64,000 nucleotides of DNA, from positions 96,001 through 160,000 of the forward strand of contig JBCCHT010000002.1 of NCBI GenBank assembly GCA_039028615.1. Reading direction: 5' to 3'. Shown one piece after another: positions 30,732 to 40,409 of this stretch; within the stretch, counting starts at the first letter, position 1; the number at the start of each line of letters is the position of its first letter. The position numbers and the translations under genes were made by a program. Source of the stretch: Myxococcota bacterium. Lineage in GTDB: Bacteria > Myxococcota_A > Polyangia > Nannocystales > Nannocystaceae. The notes beneath the pieces are model-generated. The model was not told where the DNA came from, made no database searches, and was given only the letters and a program-made list of their open reading frames with translations.

Positions 30732-31826
30732 ATGGCGATCAACCTGCATCAGCTCCTCAAGGCCATGGTCGAGTCCGGTGCGACCGACCTCCACGTGACC
30801 ACGGGCTGCCCGCCCCTGCTGCGCATCGATGGCGACTTGGTGCCGCTCAAGACCGGAAAGATGACCCCGGTCGAGTCGCGCAACCTCTGCTACTCGGTGC
30901 TCTCCGACAAGCAAAAGCAGCGCTTCGAGGAAGACCAGGAGCTGGATTTCTCGTTTGGCGTCAAGGGCCTGGCCCGCTTCCGCGGCAACCTGTTCGTCCA
31001 GCGCGGTGCGACCTGCGCGGCGTTCCGGCTCATCCCCTACGAGATTCCGCCGCTCGAGCAGCTCGGCCTGCCCCCCGTGGTCAAGCGCCTCACCGAGGCC
31101 CCCCGCGGGCTGGTGCTGGTGACCGGCCCCACCGGGTCGGGCAAGAGCACCACGCTGGCCTCGATGATCAACCTCGTCAATCACTCGCGACGGGGTCACA
31201 TCATGACCATCGAGGACCCGATCGAGTACCTGCACCAGCACGGGACCTGCATCGTCAACCAGCGCGAGGTCGGACAGGACACCAAGAGCTTCAAGAACGC
31301 GCTCAAGTACGTGCTGCGGCAGGACCCCGACGTGGTGCTCCTGGGCGAGATGCGGGACCACGAGACGATGGAGGCCGCGCTCACCCTGGCCGAGACCGGT
31401 CACCTCACCCTGGGCACGCTGCACACCAACTCCGCGGTGCAGACCATCAACCGTGTCATCGACATGTTCCCCATGGCCCAGCAGACGCAGGTCCGCACCC
31501 AGCTGAGCTTCGTGCTCGAGGCGGTGCTGTGTCAGTCGCTGCTGCCCAAGGTCGGCGGAGGCCGGGCCTTGGCGGTCGAGGTCATGGTGCCCAACGACGC
31601 CATCCGGGCCCTGATCCGCGACGGCAAGCTGCACCAGATCTACTCGCAGATGCAGCTGGGCCAGGGCGTCCACGAGATGCAGACCTTCAACCAATCGCTG
31701 GCCGACCTGGTGCAGCGAAACCTGGTCTCGGGCGAGACCGCCATCCATCGCTCGAGCGACAAGGACGAGCTCCGCGGCATGCTCGAGCGCGGGCAGAACC
31801 TGCAGCAAGTCCAGCGGCGCCGCTAA
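30732..31826 (+). CDS. pilT: Type IV pilus retraction ATPase PilT
   Basis: GPTGSGKSTT, EDPIEY, LRQDPD, TLHTN, AIRALIRD; lies between pilB and pilC. Confidence 0.96.
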   Translation: MAINLHQLLKAMVESGATDLHVTTGCPPLLRIDGDLVPLKTGKMTPVESRNLCYSVLSDKQKQRFEEDQELDFSFGVKGLARFRGNLFVQRGATCAAFRLIPYEIPPLEQLGLPPVVKRLTEAPRGLVLVTGPTGSGKSTTLASMINLVNHSRRGHIMTIEDPIEYLHQHGTCIVNQREVGQDTKSFKNALKYVLRQDPDVVLLGEMRDHETMEAALTLAETGHLTLGTLHTNSAVQTINRVIDMFPMAQQTQVRTQLSFVLEAVLCQSLLPKVGGGRALAVEVMVPNDAIRALIRDGKLHQIYSQMQLGQGVHEMQTFNQSLADLVQRNLVSGETAIHRSSDKDELRGMLERGQNLQQVQRRR

Positions 31827-31864
31827 CCCGCCCGACCCACCTCGAACGCTAGGGAACCACAACG

Positions 31865-33070
31865 ATGCCAGCCTATATCTGGGAAGCCACAACCAAGGCA
31901 GGAGAGTTCCGTAGCGGCACCTACGAGGCCGACAACGAGGAAGCGGTCGGCGAGCGCCTCCGCAGCCAGGGGCTGACCGTCACCAAGGTCAAGAAGAAGC
32001 CCATGGAGATCACGCTGCCGAGCATCGGCACCGGGGTCGCGCTCAAGGACATGGTGGTGTTCACCCGCACCTTCTCCACCATGATCGACGCGGGCCTTCC
32101 CATCGTGTCGGGCTTGGACATGCTGTCGACCCAGGCGGAAAACCCCCGCTTCGGTCGCGTGCTGGCCAGCATCAAGGCCGAGGTCGAGACGGGCAAGTCG
32201 CTGTCCGAGGCCATGGGTAGTCACCCCCGCATCTTCGACGACCTGTTCCGCAACCTGGTCGCCGCGGGTGAGGCGGGCGGTATCCTCGACGTCATCTTCC
32301 GTCGCTTGGCCACCTACCTCGAAAAGGCGGCCAAGCTGCGTCGCCAGGTGCGGGGCGCCCTGGTCTATCCGTCGGTCATCGCCGCGGTCGGTGTCTTGGT
32401 CGTCTTCGTCATGATGACCAAGGTCCTGCCCGTGTTCGAGAAGATGTTCGTCGACCTCGGCGCGGGCTCCCTGCCCGCCCCCACCCGCATGGTGCTCGCG
32501 ATCAGCCACGCGATCACCGACAACATCTTCATCTTCCTCATCAGCGTGACCGCGCTGAGCGTGGGCTTCGGTGCCATGCTGCGCAGCCCCCGGGGGCGCT
32601 ACATCTTCGACGCGGTCATCTTGCGGGCGCCCGTCATCGGGCCCGTCATGCGCAAGATCGCGGTGGCTCGCTTCACCCGAACCCTGGGCACCTTGCTCAG
32701 CTCCGGTGTGCCCATCCTCGACGCGCTGGACATCGTGGCCAAGTCATCCGGCAACCTGGTGGTCGGCCGCGGCATCACCCACGCGCGGGGCAAGATCGCC
32801 GAGGGTACGGACATCGCCTCGCCTCTGCTCGAGACGGGCGTGTTCCCGCCCATGGTCGTGCAGATGATCGGCGTCGGTGAGCAGACCGGTGCGATGGACG
32901 ACATGCTCCAGAAAATCGCCGACTTCTACGAAGACGAAGTCGACGCGGGGGTCGCCGCCATGACCGCCCTGCTCGAGCCGATCATGCTGGTCGTGCTCGG
33001 TGGTGTGGTCGGTGGCCTGCTGATCGCGATGTACCTGCCGATCTTCGAGGTCGCCGGCAACATTCAGTAG
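31865..33070 (+). CDS. pilC: Type IV pilus platform protein PilC
   Basis: Two T2SSF domains (AGEAGG; GEQTGAMD), ALVYP, AMYLPIF. Confidence 0.96.
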   Translation: MPAYIWEATTKAGEFRSGTYEADNEEAVGERLRSQGLTVTKVKKKPMEITLPSIGTGVALKDMVVFTRTFSTMIDAGLPIVSGLDMLSTQAENPRFGRVLASIKAEVETGKSLSEAMGSHPRIFDDLFRNLVAAGEAGGILDVIFRRLATYLEKAAKLRRQVRGALVYPSVIAAVGVLVVFVMMTKVLPVFEKMFVDLGAGSLPAPTRMVLAISHAITDNIFIFLISVTALSVGFGAMLRSPRGRYIFDAVILRAPVIGPVMRKIAVARFTRTLGTLLSSGVPILDALDIVAKSSGNLVVGRGITHARGKIAEGTDIASPLLETGVFPPMVVQMIGVGEQTGAMDDMLQKIADFYEDEVDAGVAAMTALLEPIMLVVLGGVVGGLLIAMYLPIFEVAGNIQ

Positions 33071-33072
33071 CC

Positions 33073-34779
33073 GTGGCTTCTCCCCCCGACGGACAGGTCC
33101 CCCACGCCTCTCAGTCGCTGGCCGACGCGGCGCGGCCTCCCACCGGGCGCGCCCGCTCGACCCGGCTCGACCCGCGTCGCCGACGGATCGGCTACTTCAT
33201 GCTGGTCCGGCTGGTGGTGCTGTCGCTGTTCACCGTGGTCGCCGCCCTGCTCGCCTGGCAGACCAACCGCGAGTTCAGCTCCTTCTATCACGCGTTCGTG
33301 TGGGGCACGCTCGTCGTCGGCTACGCGCTGACCATCCTCTTCGCGCGCCTGTTGCCCCGGGTTCGAGACCTCGACGCCTTCGCCTGGGTCCAGACCTCCA
33401 CCGACATCGTCATCGCGGCCATCGTGGTTCAGGTCAGCGGCGGCACCGACTCGGGCTTCGTCTCGCTGTACCTCATCGCGGTGCTGGGTGCGGCCACCAT
33501 GGGCGGTGGTCGGCAGACCTGGGCCGCCGCGGGGGCCTGCTCGCTCATCTACGGCACGACCAGCTCACTCGAGGTGCTCGGCGTGCTCGAGCCGAGCTCG
33601 CTGGGGCAGCCCGTGCCTCCCCTGCCCCCTGGCGAGGCGGTGGCCGTCGTCACCCGCACCCTCGTCGGCCTGCTGGGCGTCACCATCCTGTCCTCGTTCC
33701 TCAACCGCCAGCTCCAGTCCTCCACCATCCAGGTCGGCGACCTGCGGGCGATGAACGAGAACATCCTGCGCTCGCTGACCTCGGGGCTCATCGGCGTCGA
33801 CAACCGCGCCCGCGTCATCTACTTCAACCCCGCCGCTGCGTCGATCCTGGGGCTGGACGACGACGCCATCGGGGTTCGTGCCTCGCGGCTGCTGCCCGGC
33901 GTCGACGACCTGCTCCACCCGCTGTCGTCCGCCTCGGTGGACGCCAGGCGCTCGCCCGAGCCGCAGGAGCTGCGGGTCCGCAACGCTCGGGGCGACCGCC
34001 TGCATGTGCGGCTTTCGTGCTCACGGCTGCGCGACGGCCAGGCGCGGCGCCTGGGCCAGCTCATCGAGTTCCAAGACGTCACCCGCGTGCACGAGCTGGC
34101 CGAGAAGGTCCGCCGCGGCGAACGCCTCGCCGCCGTCGGTGGCCTCGCCGCCTCCGTCGCTCACGAGATCCGCAACCCCCTGGCCGCCATCAGCGGCAGC
34201 GCCGAGCTGCTCGACACCGCCAGCCTCCAGGACGAGGACGAGCGCCTGCTGTCGATCATCCGCCGCGAGTCGACCCGCCTGAGCGAGCTCATCACCGACA
34301 TGCTGGCGTTCACCCGACCTCGCGTGCCGCAGCCGGTCGCGGTGTCGCTGGCCCGGGTCACCACGCAGGCGGTCGAGCACTTCCGGGCCGACCCCAGCAA
34401 CACCGATGTCGAGACCACCCTGCACGTGGCCGAGATCCCGGACGTCGAGCTCGACCCCAACCAGCTCAGCCAGGTGCTGTGGAACCTGCTGCGCAACGCC
34501 GCCGAGGCCATGGACGGCAGCGGTCGCATCCAAGTTCGCGTGCAGCGGCGCGCCGACTCGAACGAAGCCGAGCTGGTGATCGCCGACGAAGGACCGGGCA
34601 TCGAGCCCGAACGCATCGAGCGGATCTTCGATCCCTTCTTCACCACCAAGGAGCGCGGGACCGGCTTCGGCCTCGCCACCGTGCACCGCATCGTGCAAGA
34701 CAACGGCGGGAGCATCGAGCTGACCTCGGAGCTGGGCAAGGGCACGACGTTCCGGCTGCGTTTCGACCTCGGCACGTAG
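33073..34779 (+). CDS. pilS: PilS-family sensor histidine kinase (TM-PAS-HisKA-HATPase)
   Basis: Multi-TM N-terminus, PAS-like IYFNPAA, AHEIRNPL, NLLRNA, FDPFFTTK, GTGFGLA; follows pilC. Confidence 0.85.
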   Translation: MASPPDGQVPHASQSLADAARPPTGRARSTRLDPRRRRIGYFMLVRLVVLSLFTVVAALLAWQTNREFSSFYHAFVWGTLVVGYALTILFARLLPRVRDLDAFAWVQTSTDIVIAAIVVQVSGGTDSGFVSLYLIAVLGAATMGGGRQTWAAAGACSLIYGTTSSLEVLGVLEPSSLGQPVPPLPPGEAVAVVTRTLVGLLGVTILSSFLNRQLQSSTIQVGDLRAMNENILRSLTSGLIGVDNRARVIYFNPAAASILGLDDDAIGVRASRLLPGVDDLLHPLSSASVDARRSPEPQELRVRNARGDRLHVRLSCSRLRDGQARRLGQLIEFQDVTRVHELAEKVRRGERLAAVGGLAASVAHEIRNPLAAISGSAELLDTASLQDEDERLLSIIRRESTRLSELITDMLAFTRPRVPQPVAVSLARVTTQAVEHFRADPSNTDVETTLHVAEIPDVELDPNQLSQVLWNLLRNAAEAMDGSGRIQVRVQRRADSNEAELVIADEGPGIEPERIERIFDPFFTTKERGTGFGLATVHRIVQDNGGSIELTSELGKGTTFRLRFDLGT

Positions 34780-34928
34780 CGCGACCGTCGGCCCTCGATC
34801 GCGCGGCTCGTTCGGTCAAAGCCCTACATTTCGTCGAGGTTTCGAAATCGACCGACAGCACCGGCCTCGCAGCCGCGCTCGGTTTCTCTTTACACGCCGC
34901 GCCCCTTCCTTCAGCCTGAAAACCGAAA

Positions 34929-37757
34929 GTGTCAGGCAGCCTCACCGGAGACACGACGCAGGGGACGCTGGTCGACGACCAGCTCGATCCCGACCGCGAA
35001 GAGGGCCGCGCCGAAGGACCCAAGGTCATCGGTCGCTACCAGGTCCTCAGCACGCTGGGCACGGGAGGCATGGGCACCGTGTTCGCGGCGCACGACCCCG
35101 AGCTCGATCGACGCGTGGCCCTCAAGCTGCTGCACGCCAGCGAGACCTCGGGCGGCCGCGCCGACCGGGCCCGCTCGCGACTGCAACGCGAAGCCCGGGC
35201 CATCGCCCAGGTCAAACACGAAAACGTCATCCAGGTCTACGACGTGGGGCTGGTCGATCTGCGGGGCCGCGGCCGCGACCAGGTATTCGTCGCCATGGAG
35301 CTGGTCGAGGGACACAGCTTTCGTCAGTGGCTGCATCGCCTACACGCCACCCCCGAGTGGAGCCGGGGGCAGGCCACCGAGTCCATCGTGGAGGTCATGG
35401 CCCAGGCCGCCCGGGGCCTGGCCGCCGCGCATGATTCCGGGCTCGTCCACCGCGACTTCAAGCCCGACAACGCGCTGCTCGGCAACGACGGAGTGGTCCG
35501 CGTGGTCGACTTCGGCCTGGCCCGCCGCGCCGACCAAGGCGACTCGAGCACCGGGCCCGTCCTCGCCGAACCCAGCGTCGAATCCGAGACCAGCCACAGC
35601 GGCTCGCTCGACGAGCGCATCACCAAGACGGGCGCCATGCTGGGCACGCCCGCCTATATGGCCCCGGAGCAGTTTCGCCGGCAGCCCATGGATGGCCGCA
35701 CCGACCAGTTCGCGTTCTGCTTGGTCCTGCACGAGGCGCTCTACGGCACGCGGGCCTTCCCCATGGGCGCGGCGGCTCGAGCCGCGGCCGTGGTGGCGGG
35801 AGACCGCTGCGAGCTGCCCGACGAACCGCCCGTGCCCGCCTATCTACGGGCGGTGATCGATCGCGGCCTGCAGGTCGACCCCGAGGCTCGATTCCCCTCG
35901 ATGAACGCGCTCGTCGAGGCCATGCTCGACAACCCGATCGTCCGCCGACGCAAGCGCATTCGCTGGAGCCTGGGCGGCGTGCTCGCGCTGGGAGCCGCCG
36001 GGGCGCTCGTCTCCGCCCGTCCCGAGGCCGCCGCTCCCCAGGACGCCTGCGGCCACGGGCGCGACCGCATGGAGACGGTGTGGAACGCCGAGCGTCGCCA
36101 TGCCGTCGAGGCGGCGCTACAGGTGGAGAGCCTGCCCTACTCGACCCACGTCGCAAGAGCGACCAACGTGGTCCTCGATCGCTACGCCGAGCGCTGGGAA
36201 GCGGCCCACCGCGAGGCCTGCGAGGCGACCCACGTGCACCACGAACAGACCGGGGCCCTGCTCGACCGCCGCAATGCCTGCCTCGAGCGTCGCCTCTCCG
36301 CCCTCGGGGCGTCCATCGATCTGCTGACCACCGTGCAGCCCGACCAGGTCGAGCACGCGCTCACCGTGGCCAACGGCTTGCCCGCGATCGATGCCTGCAC
36401 CAGCCGTAGCGCCCTCGAGTTCAGCGGGCCCCCGGCTCCCGACGAGAGCACGGCCGACGCGGTGGCCGAGGTCGAGGCCCAGATGGAGCGCGCCTCCGCC
36501 CGCCAGCTGCTCCACCGCGAAGACGAAGCGCTGCAGATGCTCGAGGCCCTCGCCCCCCGCGTCAAAGCCATCGGCCACGCGCCGCTGCAGGCCGACTACC
36601 TCTACGAGCAGGGCATCGCGCTGGCCGAGACGGGCAAGTTCGAGCAAGGCGTCGAGGTCCTGCGTAGCGCCATGCTCGAGGCCCAGACGCTGAGCATGGA
36701 CCCGCTGTTTCGGGACGCGACCTCGAAGATGGCGATGTACATCGGGCACGACCTCGCCAAGCCGGAGCAAGCCCTGCCCTGGGCCGACCTGGCCGAGGCC
36801 ACCGACGAGCGCATCGGCTCCACCGACGCGACCAAGGCCCGGCTGCTGAGCAACCGCACCTGGCTGCTCGCCGCGTGGGACATGAAGCCCGAGGCCACTG
36901 AAGTGGCCGAACAGGCCCTCGCCGCCGCCGAGCGAGCCCACGACGAGGATGCGTACGAGCTGATCAACGTGCACGCCAACCTCGCGTCGGCGTTCGGGCG
37001 GTTGCGGGCGGTCGACCGCGCCAAGCCGCATTTCGAACGGGCGCTGGAGCTGACCAAGCAGCACTTCGGCCCCGACCACCCCAAGCTCATCGGTCACTAC
37101 ATCAACCTGGGCAACGTGCTCACCGCCATGGGTGAGCTGGAGGCGGGCGCTCGCCACCTGCACAACGCCGCGCGGCTCACCCGGAACCTACCCAAGGTCA
37201 ACCCGCGCGAGCGGGCCCTGGTCGCCTCGGCGCTGGGCAACCATGCGCTACGAAGCCGCGACTTCGAGGCGGCGCTCGAGCACCATCGGCTCGCCCTGCG
37301 GCTACGCGAGGAGCTCTACGGTCCCGAGCACCCCATGGTGGCCCGCACGCTCAACAGCCTGGCCGGGGCCGCGCGCCGCCTCGAACGCAACGACGAAGCG
37401 ATCGGCTACTACGAGCGTTCGCTGGCCATCCGCGAGAAAGCGATGGGCCCCGAGCACCCCGATCTGTTGCTCGTGCTCGATAACCTCGGCGTGTTCATGC
37501 TCGAGCTGGGACGCTCTGCCGATGCCCTGCCGTACCTTCACCGATCCCATGCCCTGGTGCTCGAGCACGGCGATATTCCTCCTCGCGAAGCCGAGCACTG
37601 GTTCTGGTACGGCCGCGCTCTCGTCGAGTCGGGGCGCGACGCCGAGACGGGCATGGACGCGGTGCGAGAGGCCTTGAGCCGCTACGAGAAGCTCGACCTG
37701 CCCAACAAGGCCAAGCAGGCCAACGAGTGGCTGGCCGAGCGTGGGCTCGAGCTGTGA
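34929..37757 (+). CDS. Ser/Thr protein kinase with TM segment and TPR domain
   Basis: GTGGMG, VALK, REA, HRDFKPDN, DFG, GTPAYMAPEQ; TM; TPR repeats of the GPxHP type. Confidence 0.93.
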   Translation: MSGSLTGDTTQGTLVDDQLDPDREEGRAEGPKVIGRYQVLSTLGTGGMGTVFAAHDPELDRRVALKLLHASETSGGRADRARSRLQREARAIAQVKHENVIQVYDVGLVDLRGRGRDQVFVAMELVEGHSFRQWLHRLHATPEWSRGQATESIVEVMAQAARGLAAAHDSGLVHRDFKPDNALLGNDGVVRVVDFGLARRADQGDSSTGPVLAEPSVESETSHSGSLDERITKTGAMLGTPAYMAPEQFRRQPMDGRTDQFAFCLVLHEALYGTRAFPMGAAARAAAVVAGDRCELPDEPPVPAYLRAVIDRGLQVDPEARFPSMNALVEAMLDNPIVRRRKRIRWSLGGVLALGAAGALVSARPEAAAPQDACGHGRDRMETVWNAERRHAVEAALQVESLPYSTHVARATNVVLDRYAERWEAAHREACEATHVHHEQTGALLDRRNACLERRLSALGASIDLLTTVQPDQVEHALTVANGLPAIDACTSRSALEFSGPPAPDESTADAVAEVEAQMERASARQLLHREDEALQMLEALAPRVKAIGHAPLQADYLYEQGIALAETGKFEQGVEVLRSAMLEAQTLSMDPLFRDATSKMAMYIGHDLAKPEQALPWADLAEATDERIGSTDATKARLLSNRTWLLAAWDMKPEATEVAEQALAAAERAHDEDAYELINVHANLASAFGRLRAVDRAKPHFERALELTKQHFGPDHPKLIGHYINLGNVLTAMGELEAGARHLHNAARLTRNLPKVNPRERALVASALGNHALRSRDFEAALEHHRLALRLREELYGPEHPMVARTLNSLAGAARRLERNDEAIGYYERSLAIREKAMGPEHPDLLLVLDNLGVFMLELGRSADALPYLHRSHALVLEHGDIPPREAEHWFWYGRALVESGRDAETGMDAVREALSRYEKLDLPNKAKQANEWLAERGLEL

Positions 37758-37763
37758 AGCGCG

Positions 37764-38315
37764 TCAACGCGGATCGGATGTGCTGCGGGCCGGTCCCACC
37801 AGCGTGAAACCATCGCGCTCGGTCATGCCGCGCGGGGCCATCGTGCGAGGCACCGAGACCTTCGCCTCGAGCTTCGCCGTGCCGAACACGAAATCCCAGA
37901 GCGGCGAGGTGAAGCCGTAGTTGACGCTCGGATCGACGAAGTGGTGCACGTAGTGATAGCGGGCCATGAAGCGCGCCCAGGGGCCCCGCGGAGGTACGTG
38001 GTGCATGCGGTTGTGAAACCACTCCGAGTATAGATAGCCGGACAGCAGCCCCGCGCTGAGCCAGCTTCCCGCCCAGGCTCCCAGCAGGGCCAAGGCCGGC
38101 ACGGCCAAGACCACGAGCACGCCGAGCACCAACGGCGCCCGATAGCGCAGCTTGTCGACATAGGTCGCGCCGCCGTCGAGCGGATCGGCGTGGTGGTCAC
38201 GGTGGCTGCTCAGCACCCGCGGACCCATCTTGCGCAGGTGCCCCCCGTGCCGATGATGCACATACTCGATGAAGGTGAAGCCCAGGACACCCAACGCCCA
38301 CCAGCCAGCGATCAT
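37764..38315 (-). CDS. Fatty-acid hydroxylase / sterol desaturase family protein
   Basis: His boxes EYVHHRHGGH, HRDHH, FHNRMHH, HYVHH; NYGFTSPLWDFVFGT. Confidence 0.88.
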   Translation of the reverse strand: MIAGWWALGVLGFTFIEYVHHRHGGHLRKMGPRVLSSHRDHHADPLDGGATYVDKLRYRAPLVLGVLVVLAVPALALLGAWAGSWLSAGLLSGYLYSEWFHNRMHHVPPRGPWARFMARYHYVHHFVDPSVNYGFTSPLWDFVFGTAKLEAKVSVPRTMAPRGMTERDGFTLVGPARSTSDPR

Positions 38316-38535
38316 GCTCGAGGCCTAGCAGGTCGATGCGCGCGTCGGACGAGCGCGCAACGAAAGCTGGACCCGGGGACGCAGAGCACCGTTTCGCGAT
38401 CCGAGGCCATGGCGTGTCGCAGCACGCGCTACGCAAGACGACGGCTACGAGCCCGGTGCGCCCAGGGTCTCGATCGGCAGCCTTCGCCGTGCCCGCAGAC
38501 TCGGCACGGCACAAAGCGCAGCGCGACGCCCCAGC

Positions 38536-40383
38536 CTAGAAGGTGATGACGGGACCGACGTTGATGTCGATGAGCAGCGTGCCGATGCTGGGGAACCAGC
38601 CGCCGACGTCGACCTCGCCGTAGATCGCGAAGTTCTTGTGCAGCTGATAGTGAGCGCCCAGCAACACGCCCGCGAACCCGGGGCCGATGACCACGGTGTC
38701 GACCCGGCTCTCGTTGGCGGGTGCGCTCGCCTGCACCGTCTGGGCGAGCGTGCGCTCGAACATCCCCGTCTCGGTGTTGGCGCAGCCGTTGTTGTACGGC
38801 CATACCGGCGTGCACTGATCGACCGGCACTTCGTTGTTCTCGTCGGCCAGCCCGGAAAGCGCGGTCTCGGCCCGGTCGGGCACGCTGTTGCCGTTGCGGT
38901 CGTTGGAAAAGCCCATGTCGACGCGCAGACGAGTCTGACCGTAGCCACCGAAGGCGCCGATCATGCTCTGGAACTTGCCGCCCCGCTTGCCGATCATCGC
39001 CTTGAACTTGGCGCCCGCGGCCCAGGTGAACCCGTGCTTGCGCTGGAAGCCGGGCGGGTTCGACGACAGGACCTCCTGGCCAAACGAGACCTCGGGGGCC
39101 AGCGTGGGATTTTCGGTGAAGACCCTGGAGCCGGTCACCACCTGCAAGCGAGCGAAGGCGCCGAGCACCAGGGCGACCGTTCGGTTGTTGCCGATGTCGC
39201 GGTCGAGCACCCGCACGCCGACCTCGGGTGCGATGTGGAAGGGGGCGCTCGCGAAGCCGGTGGTCACCGGGTGTCGCTGGCCGCACTGGTCCGGGTTGTA
39301 GGCGAAGATCAGCGCATCGGCGTCACCGCCCGGCAGCACGGCGGGGTTGAGCGCGGCGACGTGCTGCGCAAACTCGGCCTGGGTGCTCGCCAGCGGCAGC
39401 TGCCCCGCGTACCAGCGCTCGATGGCGCAGGCTTGCTCCGCCGCGCCGTAGGGCGAACCGAAGGGGCCGGGCGTGAACTGCTGATAGGTCTGCTCGGCCG
39501 CCCCACGAGCGATGCCGAAGCCGGTGCCGACCCCGAGGTTGATGAACGCGCGCGGCCACGGGTGTGAGCTGCCCTTGGACTCGCCTTTGTCCTCGTCCTC
39601 GTCCTTGTTCTTCTTGCCCGCGGCCGGGTCCGCCCCCTCGCCGCTGCCTCCCGCCGGGGCGGCGAGCAGCAAGGGGTTGTCCTTGTCGCCGAGGTTCGCC
39701 AGCGTCTGCTGGTTGCCGTCGTAGACGTAGAAGAAGTACTCGATGCCCGCGTCGCCATGGTCGGCGGCAGGAATGGCCACCGTACCGAGGTTGCCGAACA
39801 AGTCGAGGTAGACCGCGGTGTGCTGGGCCTCCGAGCCGACCTGCCGCCAGTACAGGACCATCGTGATCCCCTCGTCGAGCGGCACCGACGACAACGCATC
39901 GATGACGAGGTCTTCGCCCGCCGCGCTCGTCGGCGCAGTGTGGGCGATGGGCCCGCTGCTCGGCTGCGGCACCTTGGCCCGCGCCTCGTCGAGCAACGCC
40001 TGCAGCTCGTCGTAACGAAGCTCGATGGGCAGCGCGATGTTGTAGTCGACCGCCACCGCTTGCCCGAAGGCGGCCAGCGTGCGCTCGCGGTCTTGGGTAT
40101 TGGAGTAGATGATGCCGCCGCGCAGCACGTGCAGGGGTGCGAGCGCGGGGTCGTTGCCCATGCCCAGGCCCTGTGCCCGAGCGACCGCTCCCTCGAGCGT
40201 CGCCACGGCCGTGTCGAGCTCGAGGTTGTTGTACTGCGCCTTGGCCTGCTCCAGCGCCGCGCGCATGTCCTCGCGCGGACCGGCATGCGCGACCCCGTGC
40301 GCCGTCAGGATCCCCAGCGCGAGTGCGAGGGCGGCGGCCCAGCTCCCGTGGCGGAGGCCACGCCTACGTCGGACACGTTGCAT
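38536..40383 (-). CDS. Exported protein: TPR-like N-terminus, Ig-like middle, probable C-terminal beta-barrel
   Basis: Signal peptide ending AHA; helical N-domain; amphipathic strands; terminal INVGPVITF. Confidence 0.7.
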   Translation of the reverse strand: MQRVRRRRGLRHGSWAAALALALGILTAHGVAHAGPREDMRAALEQAKAQYNNLELDTAVATLEGAVARAQGLGMGNDPALAPLHVLRGGIIYSNTQDRERTLAAFGQAVAVDYNIALPIELRYDELQALLDEARAKVPQPSSGPIAHTAPTSAAGEDLVIDALSSVPLDEGITMVLYWRQVGSEAQHTAVYLDLFGNLGTVAIPAADHGDAGIEYFFYVYDGNQQTLANLGDKDNPLLLAAPAGGSGEGADPAAGKKNKDEDEDKGESKGSSHPWPRAFINLGVGTGFGIARGAAEQTYQQFTPGPFGSPYGAAEQACAIERWYAGQLPLASTQAEFAQHVAALNPAVLPGGDADALIFAYNPDQCGQRHPVTTGFASAPFHIAPEVGVRVLDRDIGNNRTVALVLGAFARLQVVTGSRVFTENPTLAPEVSFGQEVLSSNPPGFQRKHGFTWAAGAKFKAMIGKRGGKFQSMIGAFGGYGQTRLRVDMGFSNDRNGNSVPDRAETALSGLADENNEVPVDQCTPVWPYNNGCANTETGMFERTLAQTVQASAPANESRVDTVVIGPGFAGVLLGAHYQLHKNFAIYGEVDVGGWFPSIGTLLIDINVGPVITF

Positions 40384-40409
40384 GTGTCCCCAGTGTAGCC
40401 GCTGCTCGC

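Noticed and set aside
38486..38510. 8-bp hairpin GCCGTGCC/GGCACGGC after the envelope operon
   Set aside because: No U-tract on the transcribed strand, and short GC stems are common by chance
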